Of a stretch of DNA of 64,000 nt, positions 54,331 through 64,000 are shown piece after piece. This stretch comes from Octopus vulgaris (Eukaryota): NCBI GenBank assembly GCA_951406725.2, contig OX597827.1, positions 2,356,001 through 2,420,000 on the forward strand, given 5' to 3'. The position numbers and the translations under genes were made by a program. Below the pieces are notes generated by a model, which searched no databases, was not told the DNA's origin, and worked only from the letters and a program-made list of their open reading frames with translations. Every line of letters starts with the position of its first letter. Position 1 is the first letter of the stretch.

Positions 54331-54399
54331 ACAAGATGTATGTGTGTGTGTGTGTGTGTGTGTGCGTTATCGCCATCATTATCATCATCAACTCCTGGA

Positions 54400-54645
54400 C
54401 ATGACTCGTTCGAGTCTTAGCACACACAGGGCCGGTTACCCGTTTTCCATGGCGTATAAGTGAAGGAGATGACAACATCTCATTTAAACGAGACGCCAGT
54501 CCGTTGCATGGTTTCCATTTACAGCTGAGTAAAAGAGAACAACGTGAAAGGAAGGTTTGCGCTCAAGAACACAACGCACCACCCAATCCGGGAATCGAAA
54601 TCACAATTATCCAATCGTGAGTGCAATGCCGTAACTTCTAGGCCT
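54400..54645 (-). mobile_element. SINE family D head with a family C type-1 tail
   Basis: GGGCCGGTTACCCGTTTTCCATGGCGTAT..GCTCAAGAACACAACGC..GGGAATCGAAA. Confidence 0.65.
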
Positions 54646-55246
54646 GACTACTTACTTAAACTTAGCACTGAGCAAACGAGGAAGGAAGCCCAAACCAACG
54701 AAGAAACATTTATGGGGTTACCCAACATCCTAGTAACAGCAGCCAAATCTCTTTTAAATTACACTCTTCGCATATTTGAGGTTTTATTAGAGAATTTAGT
54801 TCGTCATGAACCACACTTAAAAAAAAACAGGAGCGTCATGATTAGAAAACATTTAATCAGATATTCCAGCCTTCACTAAAGCCACATTGGAACTAGAAAT
54901 ACCAGCAGCAACTTAAAACATTCCTCTTCCTTTCCTTTTACCTAATAAATTTTTCATGTCTTCTTTGTGAAGGCTTGACATTAATTACTTGGTTCCTGCC
55001 CCCTTTTACTAATTACGTTATTATGTTCTTCCCCTCGATACACTATTGATTAGTCCTCCATTATATTTTCTTATGCGCCCTGGACCTAAATTATTTACAG
55101 CAGACTTCAATCTGTTTCATTCGTTGGTTATGGTTTCTGAAACTGTCCACGGAAATCGAGGTTGGACCCACACTTCATTCAGAAATAAAATTCTCTTATA
55201 AACATTACATACGAAAAGAAAAAGACTTAAACACAAATATACATCA

Positions 55247-55320
<74 letters not shown>

Positions 55321-55375
55321 CCTTACTAGCTCGCTAGCTAGTTAGCTCTCTCTCTCTCTCTCTTTCTCTCTTTCG

Positions 55376-55431
<56 letters not shown>

Positions 55432-55624
55432 ACTTTTAGCAATGTTGGTACTGGCTAGCACCCTTAATCAATTTACTGACGTCTATACTAGTGCCCTTTG
55501 GTTGTAAATTGCAAATAAGCCACCTTAGTAATTTATATATACATACATACATACATGCATGCATACATACATACATACATACATACATACATACATACAC
55601 ACATAGTTATAGATATAGATAAAG

Positions 55625-55661
<37 letters not shown>

Positions 55662-55856
55662 GTGTGTGTGTATATATCAATAATAATAAAAGGGTAAAAT
55701 TAATTAATTAATCAATTAATAATTAATAATTTTACCAAGTAGTTTGGTACGTTAAAATAACCTCTTTAGGTAAAATCAAACAAATATTCTATAATTATAA
55801 ACATAATTATAATCAGGGGTCAGCTAATTGCTTCGCCACAAACCGAATTTAGAAAT

Positions 55857-56047
55857 AGGAGTTAAAATGCCTTTTCTGCACTGAAGATGGGAAATAAGTA
55901 AGTAAATATAACTTATTTTAATCTCGAAACGCATATGTAGCTAATCTGAGTCGTGTGGATTCGTTATTTTTTTCTTTTTGCCAACGTAAAAAAGTGTGTT
56001 GCTGTCTGGGAGATTTTTATGGTAGCAGAAAAGGCATTTTAACTCCT
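55857..56047 (+). ncRNA. Candidate hammerhead ribozyme-like motif closed by a 23-bp inverted repeat
   Basis: CTGAAGA 55881-55887, stem II GGGA..TCTC, GAAAC 55926-55930, GTA at 55937 or 56022; 55857-55879 pairs perfectly with 56025-56047. Confidence 0.5.
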
Positions 56048-56198
56048 GTGTCTACATTCGGTGCGAGGCGATTCACTCACAAGGCTCTTGTCGGCTCGAG
56101 CCTACACTTGCCCAAGGTGCCACGCAGTGGAATTGAACCCGGAACGATGTGGTTAGTAAGCAAGCAACTTACCACTCAGCCACTCCTATATATATATA

Positions 56199-56506
56199 TC
56201 ACCGTGATCACCGTGACCGACCAGGCTATCAGATGTTGCTATACATCGCTGGTCACAATACGCTTCGCATTGTTTTAGCCTTTAAATGACGACACTCCGC
56301 TGGCTAAGCGAGCAGGCCAACAGAAGAAAGAGTGAAAGAAAGTTGTGGCGAAAGAGTACAGAGGGGATAACCACCATCCCCTGTCGGAGCCTCGTGGAGC
56401 TTTAGGTGTTTCTGCTCAATAAGCACTCACAACGCCCGGTCTGGGAAGCGGAACCACGATCCTACGACCGCGAGACCGCAGCCCTACCCACTGGGCTATT
56501 GCGCCT

Positions 56507-56508
<2 letters not shown>
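56199..56508 (-). mobile_element. SINE family C, tail type 2
   Basis: Colinear with 46398-46703. Confidence 0.85.
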
Positions 56509-56575
<67 letters not shown>

Positions 56576-56645
56576 CATATACATATATATACATACATAC
56601 ATACATACATACATACATACATACATACATACATACATACATACA

Positions 56646-56679
<34 letters not shown>

Positions 56680-57177
56680 GATATAGATATAGATATAGAC
56701 TTTGCTTTTCATGCTTTCGGAGTCGATGCAATAGACTACCTCCACCTCAAATTTCAAGTATTTTGCTTATAGTAGAGAGGATTATAATTCGATATGAAAG
56801 CGGTTAGTTGGCAGAATTGTTGGCACGCCGGAAAAGCAAAACCTAGTGGCACATTTCGGCCTTCCGTTCTCAGTTCAATTTTCGCCAAGCTCAACTGCAC
56901 CTGAAATCACTTTTGCGATCAATAAGCACTGGGGTTGACGTAATCGACTAGCATCCTCCCCACAAAATTCAGGTCTTCTGCCTGTAGTAAAAAGAATTAA
57001 TATCAACCACCCGTGTGTATGGTTGAAGTTACATGTATCTAATAGCAATTCCACTCCGCTTCACATAACTTCAAGTTTCATTGCAGCGCAGGACATATCT
57101 AACCCCGAGCATCTGATGCAGTGAATGTGTACTACTTGCGCACGAAACTTTGAGTCATGTAGGGCTGAGCCAAATTG

Positions 57178-57269
<92 letters not shown>

Positions 57270-58099
57270 GTGTGTGCGGATAGCGACATACATATATACA
57301 TACATACCTACATACATATTCATAAGTGTGAATGCATGTGACCGTAAATAATACACGGTATATCGCGCGTGCCCGCACACACACCACACACACACACCAC
57401 ACGCACACATACACACACACACACACACAAGAAATATTTTCGGAATCTAAACCATTTGATCATTCGTTCAATAAACACAATGAGATCGATAACATGAAAT
57501 TTAAATTTTTTTTTTCCAAAAACCAATTACGATAATTGTTAATTAACGGTTCTCTCTATGCATTAAATAAGATGGAAAGATAGAAAAAGAAAAGTTAAGT
57601 TTAGAAAGAAACACTTGTCACGGAAATTACAGTTGTTGTTGTTGTTGTTGCTAGCGTTGTTATTTTAAGTGGGTCGAAATAAATATTTCCCTACGAAAAA
57701 AAATGAAAAGAATGGAAATAATTGGGCATAAATTAAACCATTTTTTTCTCAAAAATTAGGCTAAGGGGTCAATACCCTCAAAATATGTTTCAAAAATAAA
57801 TCAGACATATGCGTGGCCGCACGATTAAGAAGATCACTTTACAACCACGTGGTTTCGAGTTCCATCTGATGGTGCAGCGTCTTGGTTTACTACAAAACAA
57901 AGTTTTGTAGTAAACTACTAAGGTCCTATCTCGTTCTCTCTCCGTCGATATTATAGATCCCTGATATGTCTCATTCTCTCTCTGATGATGGAATGGATCG
58001 TCATTACGTGGATAACTTCTGCTTGTTTTACACAATAAGCATCATCTGCACATCGGTTCTTGTCGTTTCCCTGATATCAGCCACACTCACTATGACACC

Positions 58100-58300
58100 A
58101 CATTTCGCTCAAACTAACCCTCTTTGTACCCCTCTCATTTCATCAACTAGGGGGCCTATTATATATTTTTTATTTAAATCCAATTAGCCTATAATTGAAC
58201 TAGATCTTAGTTTAACATGTATGCAAAGTTTCGTCAAGATTGGTTCACTGGTGTAGGCTGCAAGATGGTAACAGACAGATCGACAGACAGAAATTGACAT
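58100..58300 (+). mobile_element. Possible Helitron-type non-autonomous 3' fragment
   Basis: GCAAAGTTTCGTCAAGATTGGTTCACTGG followed by an ACAGACAG-like tract; family assignment from recollection only. Confidence 0.35.
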
Positions 58301-58817
58301 TTAAGCATAAAATGTATTCCAACCATGACCCTCACATCTTATTAGGAGTATATCTAGGACGATATTATCCGATGTGTGTTTTCTGTATTGGATAATGTAA
58401 GGTCGATTCGAGAAAAATTTGACTTAATTTTCTTGCAAGTCGGGTGAATACGTATCGATTTCCACACTAATTCTTATTGCTACAGTTTGGTGTATGACCC
58501 CAGGTCAGCCACAATAGAACATGTATATAAGTTCAAAGACATTCCATTCTCGACCACCAAATTTTATTGGGCGGTATGTCTACGACTCCATTATCCAAAG
58601 TGTTTTTCCTTTAAGACTGCAAGGTCTGATGTGAACAAACGTTTTACTACTATTTCAAGCACTCTGAGTGTCCACGTAGAGACTCTCTCGTTAGCTGTTG
58701 TGTGCTGTCAGGTTGTTAAGCCTAGACTATAAAACTTGAAACATTAGCTTCAGTTATGATGTGTTTATATTATATATCAATTAGAGAGACCAGTAGAAAG
58801 GACGATAGATAGATAGA

Positions 58818-58854
<37 letters not shown>

Positions 58855-59035
58855 ACATAAATACTCACATATGTATATATATATATATCAAACAAGTACT
58901 TATAATTTATCTCCTACTCTCTTTCTTCTCTTTCTCTGTATGTCTGTCTTTCTAACATACATAAACATAGAAACATACATACGTACATACATACATATAT
59001 ATATTATATATATGTATATATATATTATATATATG

Positions 59036-59094
<59 letters not shown>

Positions 59095-59603
59095 ATGCGA
59101 GTGTGTGATAATGAGGAAGAAAGAAAGAGAAGTGGTGGGAAGAGAGAGGAGTAGACGGAATGGTTTGAGATAAGAGCATAATATAAGAGAGAGACTTCGA
59201 GACGTGACTGGAACTGGTCTTCAACACACGATATTCTCGTAAAACAATCTTTGAAATTAATAAATCTTCATATATCGAAGTTGTTTTATTTATTTTAGCA
59301 AATCATTTGTTTGTAGTTATTACTTGCTTCTTTCTTTTTTCTTTTTAGTTGTTTTGTTTTGTTTTGTATCGCTTATTATGTTGTTTGTTTTAGGAGAGTG
59401 GGTGTTGATGGTGGTGGTGGTGTTCCTCGTGCTGCTACTGGTGTCTTGGTGCTAGAGGTTGTGGTTATGATGGTGGTGATGGTGGTGGGTATGTTGGTGA
59501 TTGTAGCGCTGGTGGTATTGGTGCTAGTGTTGGTTGTGATGGTGGTGGTGTTGGCTACAAAATTGATGTTAATAGTTATGGTGGTGATAGTGTTAGTGGC
59601 GAA

Positions 59604-59835
59604 AAGGCGGCGAGCTGGTAGAACCGTTAGCACGCCGGCGAAATGCATAGCCTTATTTCGTCTGCCGCTACGTTCTGAGTTCAAATTCCGCCGAGGTCGA
59701 CTTTGCCTTTCATCCTTTCGTGGTCGATTAAATAAGTACCAGTTACGCACTGGGGTCGATGTAATCGACTTGATCCTTTTGTCTGTCTTTGTTCGTCCTC
59801 TCTGTCTTTAGCCCCTTGTGGATAGTAAAGAAACA
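59604..59835 (+). mobile_element. SINE family A
   Basis: Same consensus; TSD GATAGTGTTAGTGG(C/A)GAA. Confidence 0.9.
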
Positions 59836-59859
59836 GATAGTGTTAGTGGAGAAGAATCT

Positions 59860-60060
59860 AGTGAGAGAGAGAGGAAGAGGTTGTGGAAGACTAAGATGAC
59901 AAATATTTCTGTTGTGTTTGGTGCAGTTGGCACAACACCCAAACTTCTCCCTAAGTGGCTGAACAATATTGGAATAGTGACATCCATTGTTGACTTGCAG
60001 AAAAGGGCAATCCTGTATTCTACAAGAATCTTGAGAAAGATTCTTGAAGTTTGAGCGGAC
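59860..60060 (+). mobile_element. R4/Dong-clade (RLE) non-LTR retrotransposon ORF C-terminal remnant
   Basis: RLWK..ISVVFGAVGT..WL..IGI....DLQKRAILYSTRILRKILEV* matches the VxGALG / LQKxxLLxTxRILRxVL pattern. Confidence 0.75.
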
Positions 60061-60129
60061 ATCTTATCACCAAACCTCGAAACAACATCCCTGCAAACTT
60101 ATTTATTTGTGATAACTATTATAATAATC

Positions 60130-60340
60130 ATTTCAAGAATAGGTGCAAGACCCGAAATTTGGGGGAACAGCAGTTGTCAATCAAATCGACCCCACTTCAC
60201 AACTTCTACTTATTTTATTGAATCCGAAAGGATGAAAGGTAAAGTTCCACCCCGACGGAATTTGAAATCAGAACGTAAAGACTGACGAATTGCCGCCGAG
60301 CATTTCGTCCGGCGTGCTAACGGTTCTGTTCGCTCGTCAC
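60130..60340 (-). mobile_element. SINE family A, diverged
   Basis: CCGAAAGGATGAAAGG..GGAATTTGAAATCAGAACG..GGCGTGCTAACGG. Confidence 0.75.
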
Positions 60341-60398
60341 TTTCTTGACAACAGCAACAACAACAACAAGAATTCTCTCTGCTGACGGCACAAGGCGG

Positions 60399-60438
60399 CC
60401 CCAGTGTCACTTTGATGGCATGCACTGCTCTCTCACTC
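60399..60438 (+). mobile_element. 5'-truncated copy of the 21171-21726 element
   Basis: CCCCAGTGTCACTTTGATGGCATGCACTGCTCTCTCACTC + (AAT)n, identical to 21687-21726. Confidence 0.7.
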
Positions 60439-60485
<47 letters not shown>

Positions 60486-60489
60486 TGAT

Positions 60490-60609
60490 AGTCAAGACGA
60501 AGAGCGCGATTCGGCTCTAAGATATTTTATTTGTTGAACAGACGTACTGTTGAAATATCGTTCAACTAATAAAATATCTTAGAATCAAATCGCGCTCTTT
60601 GTCTTGACT
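60490..60609. repeat. Hairpin, ~50-bp arms
   Basis: AGTCAAGACGAAGAGCGCGATT..GTTGAAC / GTTCAAC..AATCGCGCTCTTTGTCTTGACT, about 5 mismatches. Confidence 0.85.
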
Positions 60610-60647
60610 CTTTACCTTCGTGAAGAGTTACGTCAATCCTTTTTAAA

Positions 60648-60649
<2 letters not shown>

Positions 60650-60705
<56 letters not shown>

Positions 60706-60707
60706 AC

Positions 60708-60749
<42 letters not shown>

Positions 60750-60759
60750 CAACAACAAC

Positions 60760-60796
<37 letters not shown>

Positions 60797-60802
60797 GTAA
60801 TA

Positions 60803-60857
<55 letters not shown>

Positions 60858-60867
60858 CAACAACAAC

Positions 60868-60898
<31 letters not shown>

Positions 60899-60900
60899 GA

Positions 60901-60969
<69 letters not shown>
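60650..60969. repeat. (AAT)n microsatellite
   Basis: Direct inspection. Confidence 0.95.
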
Positions 60970-60971
<2 letters not shown>

Positions 60972-62058
60972 CACCAATGAAGCACTCGTCGATTAAAGCA
61001 ACTCCATTCTCTCCAAAACCTGTGCCCTCGTGTCCATATCAGTTTGAGATATAATTTATAACACAGCACATTCGTGATAAAGAACAGCAACAACAATATA
61101 CGAATATATGCATCAAAGATATCGAGCCATGCATTATCTTACATATTCAAATGCATATGTATACACGCACACACACACGTACGCACGCACACACACACAT
61201 ATATGTATACATACTTACATATACATATAAACACACTCATACACATGTGTATGTGCATTTGTGCGTGCGTGTATGCATGCGAGTGCTTAAATTCGTGCGC
61301 CTGTGCATGTGTGTATGTCTGTGTGTGTGTGTGTGTATTTATGCGAATGCATATATAAGTAGAAATAACAGTTCATTCAAAATATATTCTCGTTGTCGGT
61401 GGGTTTTGATCGAGCAAGTTTTAATAAATGGCATTCTTGCCATCCATAACCATTTCGTTATTTCTATCAGGCATGGTCCATCTTGGACTAGATCACCAAG
61501 CATCTCCTTTCCCACGTTTTGTCGTAATAGGGTGTTATTTCTAGCAAGTCGAGCAAACATGCCGAGTCAGCCGCCACTTGTAAACATAGCTTAGTGAACC
61601 AAAGGTATTTTATAACAGGGTCACAAAGAGAGATGCGCTATAGTGGAATAGCCAAACTAGAAATCCCAAAACATTGAAGAACTGGAAAGAGATTTATGTT
61701 GAAAACGCAACTTGACATCAGGTCATAAGGGAATATCTAAATGCTTAAGTGATATTCTAAGAATCTTAGAAATGATATTCCAAGTGTCTTTGCCGGAATG
61801 GATGACAAGAGATAACACTATGACTTGGAGAGAAAATGTAGAAACGCAAATGTTTCGGTATAGCCAAATGTAACAATATCAAAATTCTTTGAGAATAAGT
61901 TATCCAAAATGACCATAAGATAGACTGTAAAGGAATAACAATGATAGGATTTCTAGATATGGTCTTAAATGAGATCAGAAATGGTTATCTGAAATAAGAA
62001 AGTTCAAATAACACCAAAAGTAATAGAATCTCTGGATAGGAACATTGATAGATTAAAC

Positions 62059-62690
62059 CAGTGGTTCTGAACCAGATCCGGCACGCCCCACCACGAGTTT
62101 TGGGTCTTGTGAATTCGCAAGAGGCTGAATTCGCAAAGGTGCGCTTTGGCGATGTTATGTGTTTAGAGGTGTCATGAATTTTCGTAGGAAATATTTTAAA
62201 AAAGAACTTTTCTCTAGAAACAGTTATTCTATATGTGAACACTAAGAATGTTTTCTCTTTTCTCTTGATTCTTAGACAACAAACATTCTATGAAGAAAGA
62301 AGAAAATATCACATTCCATGATTTAATTAAATATTTCCCTTTGTAAAATAATATCTAATGAATATGTCACGGACTATATCATACTGAGAATTTCTAAACA
62401 GAATGAAATAGTGCTATTGTACAAACTCCCTAATAAGGAAACAATAAATAAATAAATACGTGATTTCTATGCATCTTTTTCCTCACAATTCCTTGACTAA
62501 AATTTCTGATCCAGTCTCATATTATGAAGAAATTATTATCTCCCTTGTAATAGCTCTAATCACTAGGGAAACCATATGTTTATTTTCCAATTCTTAAAAA
62601 TGTTATTATTCAAATCATAAAGAAGGGGCGTTTGTAAAGTGCAATAAGTTTAACCGGGCTGCTGCGCTACAAAAAAGCTGAGAAACACTT
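62059..62690. mobile_element. hAT-like non-autonomous element
   Basis: CAGTGGTTCTGAAC ... GCTGAGAAACACTT ends; imperfect 8-bp TSD GATTAAAC/GATTACAG. Confidence 0.55.
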
Positions 62691-63097
62691 GATTACAGAA
62701 ATCATTAACAAATAGAGGGAGGTGCTTGTAGTACCAATAGTGAAAGAATCTCTAGTCGTTAAAGAGTTTAAATCACTAGTCGAATTGGAAACGAAAATAG
62801 CTATAAAATTAGAATAGATTTTCAACCAAATACAAATTTATTTATTACAGCCAGAATTATGAAAAAGAATTTTAAGACTTTAAAACACAGAATTTCCAAA
62901 GTATAATGAACTACTATACAGCAAACTAAAAGTGCGAGATCACAAAATTGAGGGACGATAAAACTGGAGATGGCTTGGCGCAGGCGTGGGATTAAGCATC
63001 TCGCTTTGAAACCACGTGACTTCGGCTGCAAGCTCACTGCGTGGTGCTTTGTCTTCTACTAAACTCATTGGCCGACTAATATTCATATATAGATACC

Positions 63098-63323
63098 TAT
63101 TTCTTTATTGCCCACTAGGGGCTAAACATAGAGGGTACAAACAAGGACAGACATATGTATTAAGTCAATTACATCGACCCCAGTGCTAAACTGGTACTTA
63201 TTTAATCGACCCCGAAAGGATGAAAGGCAAAGTCGACCTCGGCGGAATTTGAACTCAGAACGTAACGGCAGACGAAATACGGCTACGCATTTCGCCCGGC
63301 GTGCTAACGTTTCTGCCAGCTCG
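63098..63323 (-). mobile_element. SINE family A
   Basis: Same consensus; TSD AGATACC. Confidence 0.9.
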
Positions 63324-63329
63324 AGATAC

Positions 63330-63480
63330 CGATGGGCTTTCACAAGTTTCTGTCAACCAAATCGATTCAGGAGGCTTTTGTCAGCCAGAGACACTTGCTT
63401 GAAGTACCACGCAGTGGGACTGAACTTGAAACCCCATGGTTGGGAAGCAGGCTTCTTACCATAACACCCACGCCTGCGCC
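63330..63480 (-). mobile_element. SINE family B head (an opposite-facing head lies at ~62978-63075 +)
   Basis: CACGCAGTGGGACTGAAC..GGTTGGGAAGCAGGCTTCTTACC..CACGCCTGCGCC. Confidence 0.75.
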
Positions 63481-64000
63481 TTTATATATTCTTCATTTTT
63501 TTTCTGGGATAACAAGGCTTCATTTTTTTTTCTTTAAGATTAAAGCAGGGACAAGAAGGAAGAGGAGAGAAAAAAGGTACAAAATAATGAGCAAAAGCGA
63601 AAAAAATAAACAGCATGCGTAATGAAAACAAGAAAATAGCATGGACAACAACAATATTCACAAAAACTAAGCCAACCCTCCAAAATTAGTGAACCACCTC
63701 CGGGGTTTGGGGATAAAAAGGTTATAGTCTGCATGCGAGACTGCATTTTAACATGCACGTTCTCCTCCTTCAAATGGTCTTCTCCCACAATACATACATA
63801 TATGCATGCGTGTGTGTGTCTGTCTGTGTGTGTCTGTGTGTGTATCTGTGTCTGTCTGTGTGTGCCTGTGTGTATGTGTCTGTGTGTGTATGCATAAACA
63901 TATATATATATCAATGTATATAAACACACGCTCATATATATATATATATATACACACATATCTATATATACATCATATATATATATATATATGTATGTGT

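Noticed and set aside
61560-62058. Possible LINE ORF remnant
   Set aside because: A-rich and coding-like but no diagnostic motif could be read

Overview
Eukaryotic, AT-rich, microsatellite-saturated DNA. The tRNA-derived SINE set and the protocadherin type point to a coleoid cephalopod, probably Octopus (inference). Only one coding region is convincing: a large minus-strand protocadherin exon (31876->29426) encoding a signal peptide, 6 cadherin repeats, a TM helix and part of the tail, bounded by a splice acceptor and a GTAAGT donor. The rest is intron/intergenic DNA with four SINE families (about 25 recognisable copies, several with clear TSDs), RTE and R4/Dong-like LINE remnants, mariner/hAT/piggyBac-like non-autonomous elements, a 74-bp minisatellite and many microsatellites. 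Most unexpected: many short fold-back elements, several carrying hammerhead-ribozyme-like motifs (CUGANGA...GAAAC...GUH, Penelope/retrozyme type) near (TA)n runs, and a perfect 79-bp-arm palindrome with a template-switch signature. All alignments were done by eye, so repeat boundaries are approximate. Nearly all other ORFs in the track are microsatellite artefacts.
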